A stretch of DNA of 64,000 bases, from assembly GCA_963667845.2 (NCBI GenBank), contig CAXXVL010000002.1:2272001-2336000 (forward strand). Reading direction: 5' to 3'. Source of the DNA: Smithellaceae bacterium. GTDB lineage: Bacteria > Desulfobacterota > Syntrophia > Syntrophales > Smithellaceae. Shown here piece after piece: positions 41,404 to 51,837 of this stretch. The notes below the pieces were generated by a model that saw only the letters and a list, made by a program, of their open reading frames with translations, was not told the origin of the DNA and searched no databases. Each line of letters begins with the position of its first letter. Positions within the stretch are counted from its first letter, which is position 1. Made by a program: the position numbers and the translations under genes.

Positions 41404-41552
41404 TGTCATAACCTTTCAGGTCACTCGTTTCGACCGCAGGGAGAAATCTTTCAAAGAGGTTATGGATTTCTCAGTCACTTCGTTTCTTACCCTGATGACC
41501 TGATAACCTGAAGGTCACACGAGGTCACACGAGGGCACTCGTCGGAATGACA
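41404..41552. repeat. REP-like palindromic element (TGTCAT...GAGAAATC/GATTTCTC...ATGACA) interrupted by 18-19-nt insertions
   Basis: Terminal inverted TGTCAT/ATGACA, internal GAGAAATC/GATTTCTC, four copies of a T(A/G)(A/C)CCT..AGG(T/G)CAC(A/T)CG unit. Confidence 0.7.
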
Positions 41553-41612
41553 ACTTATTTTCGCAGGGAGGTACTCGGGGGGAGGCGAGGGGCATGTCGT
41601 AGCTGATGGGTG

Positions 41613-41647
41613 AAAAAAGGGGCGGGTGAAAGATTTACACCCACCCC
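41613..41647 (-). terminator. Rho-independent terminator of the acyl-CoA dehydrogenase gene
   Basis: GGGGTGGGTG/CACCCGCCCC stem followed by T6 on the minus strand. Confidence 0.8.
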
Positions 41648-41654
41648 GGTATGA

Positions 41655-43490
41655 CTACTGCTCGAGCAGGTAGGATGCTTCCGGGATTTCCATCACGGAA
41701 TTATCACCTTCCTTGATGACCCGGAGGATCGTTCCGACTGCGGGCAGAATGTTATGAGCAAAAAATTTCGCCGACGCAATCTTGCCGGCATAGTAAGGAT
41801 ATTCGAAATGCTCCTTGCCGATGGCGTCGATCTTCTTCTGGGCGATAAGGGCGTGCTCAAGAAGCAGCTTTGCCCCGTAGATGTGGCCGGTCGCCTGGAG
41901 AATTCGCGTGGCAAAGAAACCGATCATGCCGAACTTGCCCTGGCCGAGATAACCGGCCATCGTCGTCTGAATGTCCTTGTACTGGTTTAATGCCTCTTGA
42001 AGAAGTGCAACCTCGGCGGCCAAAATGCCGTTGTCTTTATTGTCGGCGGCGAATTTTTCGATTTCCGCAAACCAGAAATTGAAAATCTGTCCCCCGACCA
42101 TCATCCATTTGCGACCGATGAGGTCCATCGACTGAATGAAATTGGTTCCTTCCCAGATGGGATATATCCGGCTGTCGCGAAGCTGCTGCGCGATCGGATA
42201 GTCTTCGGAGAATCCGTAACCGCCATAGCACTGCATGGCTTCGGAAATGCTCAAAAACGCCATATCCGAACACCATGCCTTGACGATCGGAATGTTGACT
42301 TCCACAAAAGCCTTCGCGCGTTTCCGCTCGGTCTCGTCGGTCGTGTTTTCCGCGATATCCATGCAGTAGTAAGACATGGAAATCATCGCCCGGCTGGCTT
42401 CGGTGATGGACTTTTGATACATCAGCATGCGGCGCACGTCTTCATGGTGGATGATGGACACACGGCCGGCCTTTGGATTGGTGATCTGGCGTCCCTGGAT
42501 ACGCCCGGCGGCATACATCGCCGCGTTGTTATAGGAAACGGTGGCTGCCGCATTGGCCGCCAGTCCCGTCACGGTTCGCTCTTCATTCATCATCTGGAAC
42601 ATCTGGGCCATGCCCGCGCCTTTGCCGTCCACGGGCGGATTACCCAGGAGATAGCCGCGGCACTTATTGTCTTCGCCGAAGTTGATAATGCTGGTGGCCG
42701 ATCCGCGGAGACCCAGCTTATGCTCGACGCCGCCGCAGTTGACGTCATTGAATTCGCCTTTTTCGCCGGCTTCGGTGGGCCAGTATTTGGGAACGACAAA
42801 CAGCGATATGCCTTTGGTGCCCGGGGCGCAGCCTTCGATGCGGGCCAGTGTCAGGTGAATGATGTTTTCCGTGATGTCCTGATCGCCGCCGGTGATGAAG
42901 CATTTGGTGCCGACGATTTTATAAACACCCGGTTCATCGGTCGGGGTGGCCTTGGTGACGATGTCGCCCACGTCCGAGCCGCTGTTGGGTTCGGTGAGAT
43001 CCATCGTGCCCGCCCACTGACCGGAGAACATTTTGGGTAAGAAGATATTTTTGACCTTATCGCTCGCGAAGTCGCGGACCAGGCCTGCGGCTCCCGTTGT
43101 CGCCATGACGTAAGGGCCGGAAGCGGCGTTGGCGGCGGCGAGGAATTCATTGGTTGCGCCCATCACGCACAAAGGCAGCGAACTGGGATCGGTGTGGTCG
43201 GCGTTGCTCGACCCCAGACCGTTTTCCTGAACCGTCCAGTAGGGTTTCTTGAAGGATTCGGGGGTGGTTACTTTGCCGTTTTTATAGACGGCGTGAATGT
43301 TGTCACCGTCCTCGTTGGTGGGAGCGACGGCTTCCTTGGCGATTTTCATCGCGTTATCCAGGATGGAATCAATGTCGTCGACAGTGTAGCCTCCCTGAAA
43401 TCGTCCTGCTTCGAAGATTTTGGACAGATCGAGCCATTCTTTTAAAATAAACTTCTGGTCGCGTGTGGAATACAAAAAATTTGCTGCCAT
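41655..43490 (-). CDS. Acyl-CoA dehydrogenase (long, about 600-aa type)
   Basis: GTMDLTEP..GSD, GTKGISLF, MFQMMNEER, GGYG, IWEGTN. Confidence 0.95.
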   Translation of the reverse strand: MAANFLYSTRDQKFILKEWLDLSKIFEAGRFQGGYTVDDIDSILDNAMKIAKEAVAPTNEDGDNIHAVYKNGKVTTPESFKKPYWTVQENGLGSSNADHTDPSSLPLCVMGATNEFLAAANAASGPYVMATTGAAGLVRDFASDKVKNIFLPKMFSGQWAGTMDLTEPNSGSDVGDIVTKATPTDEPGVYKIVGTKCFITGGDQDITENIIHLTLARIEGCAPGTKGISLFVVPKYWPTEAGEKGEFNDVNCGGVEHKLGLRGSATSIINFGEDNKCRGYLLGNPPVDGKGAGMAQMFQMMNEERTVTGLAANAAATVSYNNAAMYAAGRIQGRQITNPKAGRVSIIHHEDVRRMLMYQKSITEASRAMISMSYYCMDIAENTTDETERKRAKAFVEVNIPIVKAWCSDMAFLSISEAMQCYGGYGFSEDYPIAQQLRDSRIYPIWEGTNFIQSMDLIGRKWMMVGGQIFNFWFAEIEKFAADNKDNGILAAEVALLQEALNQYKDIQTTMAGYLGQGKFGMIGFFATRILQATGHIYGAKLLLEHALIAQKKIDAIGKEHFEYPYYAGKIASAKFFAHNILPAVGTILRVIKEGDNSVMEIPEASYLLEQ

Positions 43491-43754
43491 AACTTCGGTT
43501 CTCCTTCCTTAGCCCATTTCTATGATTGCTTTGGGGCAGGATGCATTGTAGACAAAAAATGACCATAAGTCAATATAGTACATCGTTACTGATATTAATT
43601 GGATAGGTGTATATTTGATTTTTACGGCATTTATCAGTTGTCTAGCATTTTCTTGACACAAAGCCCCGGGCTCCATATACTCGATTCCCTTTGAATAAAT
43701 AGCTTTAATCAAAAGAAAAATACAGGACCCTGCAAGGATAAACCCGGTGAGGAT

Positions 43755-44837
43755 ATGAACGATCTATTGAACAGACTTAAGGGACGCTTTGGTTTGATCG
43801 TCCTGGCAATAACTATTTTACTGATTGTCGCCGGATTTTTTATTTACCAGCATTACCGGAAAACGCATGTTTCCACAGAGGACGCTTATGTTTCGGGGAA
43901 AATTCATGTGGTGGCTTCCAAGGTGCCCGGGACCGTGAAGACCCTGCTGGCAAAGGACAACCAGTTTGTCAAAGAGAAAGATATGTTGCTGGAGATCGAC
44001 GACCAGGATTACAGTGTAAAGGTGAGGGAGTCGGAATCAACGGTGAGCGCTGAAAAAGCCAGGCTTGAAGAAATCGGATTGCGCGTGGAAGTTTCCCGAA
44101 AGCAACTTACGGAATTTAATTTCCGTGTGGAAACGGCCAGGGCAGATCTCAGGCTTGCGACCGTCAATCTCAAACAATCGGAAAATGATTTTAAACGCAT
44201 GGAGCGTCTCTTTGCCAGCAGGATCATTGCCGAAGAACAATACGAAAAGGCCAAAACGGCTTATGAGGGCGACCTTGCGCGTATGGAGGCCGCAAAAGAA
44301 CAGTTAAGTCAGGCCGGGGCGGCGCTCGAAACCCAGAAGGCGCAAATCAAGCAGATGGAAGCAGCGCAGTCCTCGCAAAAGTCCTCCATGAAGCAAAAAC
44401 AGGAAACGCTGGAAGCCGACCGTTTGAAAAAAAGCTATACGGCAATTTATGCGCCGGCGTCGGGTTATGTGACAAAGAAATCGGTGGAGATCGGTAATCA
44501 GATTCAGATCGGTCAGCCGCTGATGGCCATCGTTGCTCTGGATCATGTCTGGATCATCGCTAATTACAAAGAGACTCAGCTCGAAGGCGTCAAGGCCGGA
44601 CAGAAGGTCGTCATTAAAGTTGATACGTATCCCGGCAGGAAATTTTACGGTAAAGTTGAAAGCATCATGGCGGGCACGGGGGCGGCTTTTTCGCTTTTTC
44701 CGCCGGAAAATGCCACCGGGAATTATGTCAAAGTTGTGCAAAGAATTCCAATCAAGATTGTTCTTGATCCCGGCGCCGATCCGGACAGGCTCCTGCGGGT
44801 CGGCATGTCCGTGGAACCAACCATCCTTGTGGAGTAA
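43755..44837 (+). CDS. emrA: EmrA/HlyD family membrane fusion protein
   Basis: STEDAY, ANYKETQL, FSLFPPENATGNYVKVVQRIP. Confidence 0.92.
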   Translation: MNDLLNRLKGRFGLIVLAITILLIVAGFFIYQHYRKTHVSTEDAYVSGKIHVVASKVPGTVKTLLAKDNQFVKEKDMLLEIDDQDYSVKVRESESTVSAEKARLEEIGLRVEVSRKQLTEFNFRVETARADLRLATVNLKQSENDFKRMERLFASRIIAEEQYEKAKTAYEGDLARMEAAKEQLSQAGAALETQKAQIKQMEAAQSSQKSSMKQKQETLEADRLKKSYTAIYAPASGYVTKKSVEIGNQIQIGQPLMAIVALDHVWIIANYKETQLEGVKAGQKVVIKVDTYPGRKFYGKVESIMAGTGAAFSLFPPENATGNYVKVVQRIPIKIVLDPGADPDRLLRVGMSVEPTILVE

Positions 44838-44846
44838 TTGATTCTT

Positions 44847-46382
44847 ATGGACAGGACGGTAAATAAGTGGATCATCGCTCTTACCGTGATGCTGCCCACA
44901 CTGATGGTCATCATCGACACTTCTGTCGTCAATGTATCGCTGGATCACATTCGCGGCAGCCTTTCCGCCGGCGTTGACGAATCCACATGGTCCATCACGT
45001 CCTATCTTGCCGCCAACGCCGTTGTCATTCCGATGACCGGATGGCTCAGCCGTTTTTTTGGCCGGAAGCGTTTTCTCATTTTTTCCGTCTTATTATTTAC
45101 GATCAGCTCTTTTCTTTGCGGCCTGGCCTGGAATATACAGAGCCTTATCTTTTTCAGAGTGCTACAGGGCCTGGCCGGCGGGTCGCTGCAACCAATTTCA
45201 CAGTCCATTCTGCTGGAAACATTTCCTCCGGCGCAGCACGGCACGGCGATGGCCATTTTCGGCATGGGCACCATGTTCGGCCCCATCATGGGCCCGCTTT
45301 TGGGCGGATGGATTACGGACAACTGGTCGTGGCACTGGATCTTTTTTATCAATATCCCGATCGGGATGATATCGCTGGTCATGTCTTTGTGGTTTATCAG
45401 CGATCCTCATTATATTAAACGCACTGCCATGTCCATCGACTACTGGGGTCTGATGCTGCTCAGTATCTGGGTGGGATGCCTGCAGATGGTTCTGGACAAA
45501 GGACAGAGAGAAGATTGGTTCGGTTCGGATTTCATCATTATCCTGACCATTATTGCCGTTGTGGCTTTTGTCCTGTTCATCTTTGTCGAGCTCACCGCCG
45601 AACACCCCATTGTGGATTTGAAGGTCTTCAAGAGCTATTCATTTACTTCGGGTAATATTGTCCTCTTTTTCATCCTGGCCGGTCTTTTCGGCGGTCTTAT
45701 TATGCTGCCTATCTATCTGCAAAGCCTGATGGGGTATACCGCTTCTCTGGCGGGGTTGATTCTCGGTCCGGGAGGGCTGGCCATCTTCCTGGTCATGCCG
45801 ATTGTCGGCTGGCTGATCAGAGTGGTGAATCCCAAACTGATCGTCGCGATCGGCATCGTTATTTATGCGTACGCCAATTATCTGATGAGCAACTTCAATA
45901 TGTCGGCTGATTTCATGTCGATCCTCTGGCCGCGTGTTGTCATGAGTATAGGGCTGGGCATGGTCTTTATCCCACTGACCACGCTGTCGTTATCCAGCAC
46001 TCCCAAGGAAGAAATGGGCAATGCGACAGCCATTTTTAATCTGGTGAGAAATCTCGGCGGAAGCGTCGGCGTGGCTTTTGCGGCAACGATCTTATCCCGA
46101 GGGTCCCAGATTCATCAGGCTCATCTGAGTGAACATATCACCCCTTTTGACCTGGATTACTGGAATGCCGCCAATCAGTCGGCCGGGCATCTGGTGCGGC
46201 AGGGCATGGATGCGGTATCCGCACAGCAGGGAGGCGCCGCCGTTATTTATAACGAGATGCTGAGACAGGCATACATGATGTCCTTCAATGATCTCTTTTA
46301 TATCCTGACCATTCTGATGATCTGCTTGCTGCCCTTCGTTCTGCTTATCCGCCACGTTGATCATAGCGCTGTAAAGCTTTAG
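44847..46382 (+). CDS. emrB: DHA2 family MFS efflux permease
   Basis: DTSVVNV, GPLLGGWITDNWSWHWIFFINIP, LDKGQREDWF, RNLGGS. Confidence 0.93.
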   Translation: MDRTVNKWIIALTVMLPTLMVIIDTSVVNVSLDHIRGSLSAGVDESTWSITSYLAANAVVIPMTGWLSRFFGRKRFLIFSVLLFTISSFLCGLAWNIQSLIFFRVLQGLAGGSLQPISQSILLETFPPAQHGTAMAIFGMGTMFGPIMGPLLGGWITDNWSWHWIFFINIPIGMISLVMSLWFISDPHYIKRTAMSIDYWGLMLLSIWVGCLQMVLDKGQREDWFGSDFIIILTIIAVVAFVLFIFVELTAEHPIVDLKVFKSYSFTSGNIVLFFILAGLFGGLIMLPIYLQSLMGYTASLAGLILGPGGLAIFLVMPIVGWLIRVVNPKLIVAIGIVIYAYANYLMSNFNMSADFMSILWPRVVMSIGLGMVFIPLTTLSLSSTPKEEMGNATAIFNLVRNLGGSVGVAFAATILSRGSQIHQAHLSEHITPFDLDYWNAANQSAGHLVRQGMDAVSAQQGGAAVIYNEMLRQAYMMSFNDLFYILTILMICLLPFVLLIRHVDHSAVKL

Positions 46383-46456
46383 CTTTTTTTTCAGCTTTAA
46401 GCCTCGTTTCTGCTCCCCTCTTTTACATTGATAAGATAGGCGCCGTCTGATATTTG

Positions 46457-47419
46457 ATGCTGATGCAAACGCCGTTTCGCCTGAATGATATCATCCTCGT
46501 TGTTGTGGTCATTTCCTCCACGGGCGTAGCCGTCATTTTCCCCGATTTCGGGTCGCGGTTTCAGGCCTTGCCCTTCTATTGCCTGATGATCAATTTTTTT
46601 CTCAGTTATTTGTCGATTGATCTGGCCGATGTCTGGAAGGCGCTCCAGGGCCACGGCAAGCAGATTCTTGCGTTCACGGTCATGAAGCTCGCGGTCCTGC
46701 CGGTTATCCTTTATTTTATTTTTTATGTCGTTGCGCCGGATTATGCGCTGGCCGTTCTACTGTTGACGGGCGTTTCCACCGGCGTCGTTTCTCCCATGAT
46801 TTCCAATATGGTCAAAGGCAACAGTTCGCTGGTGCTCGTGGTGGTGGTGATTACGTCTGTGCTGGCGCCCTTCACGCTGCCGGCGCTCGTCAAAATTGTT
46901 GTGGCCCGCGACGTCGCGATCTCGTTTCTGGCCATGCTTAAAATGCTGGCGACCGTCATTTTTATCCCGATTGCCCTTGTCGAATTGATCCGCTACCTGA
47001 CGCCTAGGATTGTCGCACCCATCCTGAGGATTCAGTTTCCCGTTTCACTCTTGATGTTTGCGATCATCAACCTGGGCGTCTTCTATCGCTATGCTTCGTT
47101 TTTCAGGAAAGAACCGGCCGCGTTACTGATGGCGTTGATCGTCGTCTTTGTCCTGGCGGCGATCTACTGCGCGGTGGGCATTTTCTTCTTCCGCAAAGGA
47201 CCGCTGCCGAATCAGTTGGCCGGCGCGGTCATGCTGGGTAATCTCAACAATGTGCTGGTGATCGTCTTTTCTTCCCATTTCTTCGGCCCCGTCGAACCGC
47301 TTGTGGCCGCCCTGTACATGATTCCATTCTTCGTCATCATTATTCCGCTGCGCTATTACCACCACTGGAAAACAGAGATGGTGACAGGACGGCACCACCA
47401 CTATCATTCCGTTTCATAA
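46457..47419 (+). CDS. Bile acid:sodium symporter (BASS) family transporter
   Basis: About 9-10 TMs, P..S....GN..L and T..LAP.T.P patterns. Confidence 0.75.
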   Translation: MLMQTPFRLNDIILVVVVISSTGVAVIFPDFGSRFQALPFYCLMINFFLSYLSIDLADVWKALQGHGKQILAFTVMKLAVLPVILYFIFYVVAPDYALAVLLLTGVSTGVVSPMISNMVKGNSSLVLVVVVITSVLAPFTLPALVKIVVARDVAISFLAMLKMLATVIFIPIALVELIRYLTPRIVAPILRIQFPVSLLMFAIINLGVFYRYASFFRKEPAALLMALIVVFVLAAIYCAVGIFFFRKGPLPNQLAGAVMLGNLNNVLVIVFSSHFFGPVEPLVAALYMIPFFVIIIPLRYYHHWKTEMVTGRHHHYHSVS

Positions 47420-47730
47420 CTTTTCCTGCGGCCTCTGAACCGGTCTTTCTTTTCGGGGAAACCATGACGCCCGTTGCGGCGAACGCGTAAATAGTCTCTG
47501 GAAATGAAGTTTTTTTTGCCGCGTTTTTTCGGCAGGATTCAAACTTGGAATATTCTTTAAAAAACTGTTTTCCTGAAAATATTTTATCAAAAACAGTTGA
47601 CAAAAGTTTACTGATATGAAATAAAAGTTTCCTAAATGAGGACAAGAAAAACAAAATTTGTCCTCGAAATCCGGAAAGACAGGAAGGCCAGTCATTTTCC
47701 TGCTCCTGGAAAAGAGGAAGGTTTCCCGGA

Positions 47731-48312
47731 ATGAAACAACAACCGCTCATCAATGAAGCCGATATCGGAAAACGAATCAAATCATTGCGCAATACAAAGC
47801 GGGTGACGCTGGAGGATCTGGCTTCACAGACCGGTTTTACCAAAGGTTATCTCTCCAAAGTAGAAAAATCTGAAAAAGCTCCGCCGGTTTCCACATTGGG
47901 CATCCTCGCCCGGGCTCTGGACGTCAGTATTTCCAATCTCCTCGGGGAAGACAGCCCGGTCACTTCCATCTGCCTGGTCAAGAAACACGAAAGACCGAAG
48001 ATGATGAGGACCGGAACCAGTGTCGGCTACTCCTATGAGGCTGTGGCCCAAAATTTCAAAAACAAGATGATGGATCCTTTTATTCTGACGCTTCCCGTTC
48101 ATGCTAAAAAACAGATTCGCTATCAACACGCAGGTCAGGAAATACTCTTTGTCCTTGAGGGAACGATGAAATTTCATCACGGTACAGAAACAATCATAGC
48201 TGAAGAAGGTGACTGTGTTTACATCGACTCCGGTATTCCCCATTTTGGAGAGTCCATGGGGAATAAGCCAGTCAAATGTTTCACGGTTATTGTTAGCTCC
48301 GAGACAAAATAA
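47731..48312 (+). CDS. XRE-family regulator with cupin sensor domain
   Basis: N-terminal HTH (LSKVE), H.GQE..FVLEG, GDC.YIDS..PH. Confidence 0.93.
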   Translation: MKQQPLINEADIGKRIKSLRNTKRVTLEDLASQTGFTKGYLSKVEKSEKAPPVSTLGILARALDVSISNLLGEDSPVTSICLVKKHERPKMMRTGTSVGYSYEAVAQNFKNKMMDPFILTLPVHAKKQIRYQHAGQEILFVLEGTMKFHHGTETIIAEEGDCVYIDSGIPHFGESMGNKPVKCFTVIVSSETK

Positions 48313-48388
48313 AACAACGCGGTCATCTCCCAAGTATGGGAGACCATGCTTTACTTTCCGGGATGACCAAAAACAGAAAGGAAAAGAC

Positions 48389-49252
48389 ATGAGCGACATT
48401 CCCGTCTTTTTTCTCCACGGCCTGGCCTATGCCGGACTTCTTTTTCTCGTCTCAGCAGGCCTCACCCTCATTTTCGGGATGATGAATGTCCTGAATTTTG
48501 CGCACGCGGCCATGTATATGGTGGGTGCTTATCTTTCGTATACCATCATCATGCAGCTGACCGGCCAATTCTGGATGGCGTTGATCCTGTGCCCGCTGAT
48601 CCTTTTTGTCATCGGCGCCTTGATCGAGCGCTTCCTGCTTCGGCGGGTGCACAAATACGGCCACGTGCAGGAACTTCTCCTCACCTTCGGGCTGGCCTAT
48701 ATCATCACGGAACTGGTCAAATGGTACTGGGGAAACTATCCTCTGGCCGTCAACGTGACCGGATTCCTGAGCGGGACCGTCCCGATTTTCGGCATTACAT
48801 ATCCCATCTACCGTATTTTCATCTTTGTTTGCGCCATTTTTGTCGGAACGGTCATGGCCCTTATTCTTTATAAAACCCGGCTGGGTATTATCCTCCGGGC
48901 GGCGGTCAACGACAGTGAAATGACCAATACCCTGGGGGTGAACGTGCCCCTCGTGTTCATGGGCGTCTTTGCTTTCGGAACGGCACTATCCGGATTCGCG
49001 GGCGTGATCGCGGGACCGCTTCTCTCGACATTCCCGGGCATGGCCCAGGAAATTCTGCTCGATGCCTTCGTCGTGATCGTCGTGGGCGGCTTCGGAAGCC
49101 TGGGCGGCGCCGTAGTGGCCGCGCTGCTCATCGGCCAACTCCAGGCCTTTGGCGTTCTCTTGATCCCCAAGTTATCGGTGGCCCTGATTTATCTGCTTAT
49201 GGCTATCGTTTTAATCGTTAAGCCCTCCGGGCTTTTTGGGGAGGAACAGTAA
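48389..49252 (+). CDS. Liv-type ABC permease (LivH-like)
   Basis: GLTLIFGMM.VLNFAH, VVGG.GS..GA. Confidence 0.92.
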   Translation: MSDIPVFFLHGLAYAGLLFLVSAGLTLIFGMMNVLNFAHAAMYMVGAYLSYTIIMQLTGQFWMALILCPLILFVIGALIERFLLRRVHKYGHVQELLLTFGLAYIITELVKWYWGNYPLAVNVTGFLSGTVPIFGITYPIYRIFIFVCAIFVGTVMALILYKTRLGIILRAAVNDSEMTNTLGVNVPLVFMGVFAFGTALSGFAGVIAGPLLSTFPGMAQEILLDAFVVIVVGGFGSLGGAVVAALLIGQLQAFGVLLIPKLSVALIYLLMAIVLIVKPSGLFGEEQ

Positions 49253-50256
49253 TGAAACAGAAAAGCATTTCTTTAATCACAATCCTCGCGTTATTTCTGG
49301 TGGGAGCCTTCATGCCCTCCCTCCTGAAGCAATATCATCTGAACATGCTGACGGAAATCATCATTTTTTCGCTCTATGCCGTGAGCTACAACCTGCTTCT
49401 TGGTTACGCCGGTCTTTTGTCTTTCGGCCATGCCGCATTCTTTGGCCTGGGTGCGTTCGTAACGGCTGTGGCGATCATCAACATTCCGGGAATATCGCTG
49501 TGGAACGTTGTTTTGATCGGCATCGCGGCAACGGTTATCGCCGGCTTTGTCCTGGGCGGTCTGCTCCTGCGGCATAAGGGATCTTATTTTGCCCTGCTCA
49601 CGATGGCTTTCAACGCCCTCTTTTATGCCGTCGCGACAAAGTGGCATTCCGTGACCGGCGGCGACGATGGACTCAGCATCACCCGGCCTGACCTGAATCT
49701 GGGATTTACGACCATTCCGCTCAACAGTCTGACCAACTTTTATTACCTGACGCTGGTGATCATGGGGCTGGCGATTCTCTTCTGCTGGTATTTTACGCAC
49801 ACGGCGATGGGCAAGACGGTGGTGCTGATGCGCGAAAATGAGGATCGGATGAAATTCCTGGGATACAATACGAATATCAGCCGTCTCATTCTCTTCACCT
49901 TTACCGGGGCGGTCGCCGGTCTTGCCGGCGTCTTCTATACGTTCCATTTCCAGTTTGTTTCCATTTCGGCCGTCAGTATCGACATGACGACGGCGGTTCT
50001 GCTCATGGCTTTTGTCGGAGGAACGAAAACATTCTGGGGACCGATTCTGGGTGCATTCGTTTACATCATTCTCCAGAATTATCTGAGCAATATTACGGAC
50101 CGCTGGCCGCTGGTGATGGGTGTCATCTTCGTGCTCATGGTTCTGTATGTTCCCGGCGGCCTGTCCGAGGTCCTGTTGAACATCAAACAGCGGTTTTTTG
50201 GAAAGAAAAATAATGACGGCAATAAAACTTCCACGCCGGAGGAGATGACAACATGA
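49252..50256 (+). CDS. Liv-type ABC permease (LivM-like)
   Basis: GYAGLLSFGHAAFFG, TGGDDG, GG..TFWGP. Confidence 0.92.
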   Translation: MKQKSISLITILALFLVGAFMPSLLKQYHLNMLTEIIIFSLYAVSYNLLLGYAGLLSFGHAAFFGLGAFVTAVAIINIPGISLWNVVLIGIAATVIAGFVLGGLLLRHKGSYFALLTMAFNALFYAVATKWHSVTGGDDGLSITRPDLNLGFTTIPLNSLTNFYYLTLVIMGLAILFCWYFTHTAMGKTVVLMRENEDRMKFLGYNTNISRLILFTFTGAVAGLAGVFYTFHFQFVSISAVSIDMTTAVLLMAFVGGTKTFWGPILGAFVYIILQNYLSNITDRWPLVMGVIFVLMVLYVPGGLSEVLLNIKQRFFGKKNNDGNKTSTPEEMTT

Positions 50257-50996
50257 GCGATTATCTTCATATCCAGGATATTCACAAAGACTTTTCCGGT
50301 TTGAAGGTTCTGACCGGTGTCGAATTCAAGGTCAAAGAAAAGGAACGCCACGCCGTCATCGGTCCCAACGGTGCGGGAAAGACGACCCTATTCAATATTA
50401 TCAGCGGCAAATTCAAGCCGTCATCAGGGGCCATCCTTTTCAAGGGTGAGGATATATCCGGAAAGCCTCCTCACATTCTGAACCGCCATGGTCTGGCACG
50501 TTCATTCCAGATTACCAACGTCTTCCAGGAATTGAGCGTGTTCAACAACATTCTTGCCGGCGTGCGCTCCCGTGCCGGATTGCGTTATCATTTTTTTAAA
50601 GTACCCGATCATGACCGGAAAATCTGTGAAAAGGTTGAAGACATCCTCGCCCAGGTCGGACTGACGGATGTCCAGGATCAACCGGCCAGTTCGCTGTCGT
50701 ACGGCAAGCAGAGAGCTCTGGAAATCGGCATCACCCTTTCCACGGAGCCGGAGTTGATCCTGCTCGACGAACCCACGGCCGGCATGACGCGCGAGGAAAC
50801 GGATCAGGCCATCAAAATGATCGACAAGGTAACAGCCGGCCGCACGCTGATTGTCATCGAGCATGACATGGAAGTCGTTTTTTCGCTTGCTGATACGATT
50901 TCCGTTCTGCACTACGGGACCATTCTTGTTTCCGATACGCCGGAAAAAATTCGCAACGACCAGCGGGTCAAGGACGCCTACCTGGGGGAAGGATAA
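50253..50996 (+). CDS. Liv-type ABC ATPase (LivG-like)
   Basis: GPNGAGKTT, LSYG, LLDEPTAG, V..AYLG. Confidence 0.94.
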   Translation: MSDYLHIQDIHKDFSGLKVLTGVEFKVKEKERHAVIGPNGAGKTTLFNIISGKFKPSSGAILFKGEDISGKPPHILNRHGLARSFQITNVFQELSVFNNILAGVRSRAGLRYHFFKVPDHDRKICEKVEDILAQVGLTDVQDQPASSLSYGKQRALEIGITLSTEPELILLDEPTAGMTREETDQAIKMIDKVTAGRTLIVIEHDMEVVFSLADTISVLHYGTILVSDTPEKIRNDQRVKDAYLGEG

Positions 50997-50998
50997 AT

Positions 50999-51709
50999 AT
51001 GCTAGAAGTCAAAGATATTCACAGCTACTACGGCAAAAGCCATATTCTGCACGGTGTCTCCCTGAATTTGCAGGAGGGAGAAATGGTCTGTCTCCTGGGG
51101 AGAAACGGCGTCGGCAAATCCACCACATTAAAGAGCATCATGGGCGTCGTAAAACCGCAGCAGGGCAGCATTCGCTTCCATGATAAAGAATTGGTCGGCC
51201 TTGCACCTTATGAAATCGCCCGCCTGGGCGTAGGCTACGTCCCCGAGGACCGGCGGATTTTCCGCAGCCTCACCGTTCACGAGAACCTCCTCATGGGAAT
51301 CAAAGGCGGAAATAAAGGCAGCGCCGGGGAAGGGGGCTGGACCATCGAGCGGGTCTATGAACTTTTCCCCCGCCTCAAGGAAAGGTGCAACAACAAGGGC
51401 AGTCATCTGTCCGGCGGCGAGCAACAGATGCTCACGGTAGTGAGGACGCTGATGGGAAATCCGCGCGTTATTCTGGTGGATGAGCCGACGGAAGGTCTGG
51501 CCCCGCTGATCGTCAAAGACGTACTGGATATGCTGGCGACGGTCCGCAAATCCGGCGTGACCGTCCTGATGGTGGAGCAGAATTTCAAAGCGGCCATCAA
51601 GATTGCGGATCGTTTTTATATCATGAGCAAGGGGCAGATCGTTTTCTCCGGGAATCAGGCCGAGCTTCTGGCGGCGGAGGATGTCAGAAAGAATTATCTG
51701 GAAGTTTAA
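50999..51709 (+). CDS. Liv-type ABC ATPase (LivF-like)
   Basis: GRNGVGKST, LSGGEQQM, DEPTEGLAP. Confidence 0.94.
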   Translation: MLEVKDIHSYYGKSHILHGVSLNLQEGEMVCLLGRNGVGKSTTLKSIMGVVKPQQGSIRFHDKELVGLAPYEIARLGVGYVPEDRRIFRSLTVHENLLMGIKGGNKGSAGEGGWTIERVYELFPRLKERCNNKGSHLSGGEQQMLTVVRTLMGNPRVILVDEPTEGLAPLIVKDVLDMLATVRKSGVTVLMVEQNFKAAIKIADRFYIMSKGQIVFSGNQAELLAAEDVRKNYLEV

Positions 51710-51837
51710 CGAGGTCGCAATCCACCGGGCTTTGCATCGATGAATTGCTGCGTTGCGCTTCATACCGGGTCATTGCTTTTTATTTGTGTATTAAGCGTGA
51801 AAAAGAAATGAACAACAGAAAAAATGGGAGGTGTTTT

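Noticed and set aside
41488..41541. Mini CRISPR array
   Set aside because: Repeats are 8-10 nt with no spacers and no cas genes; the pattern is nested rather than repeat-spacer.
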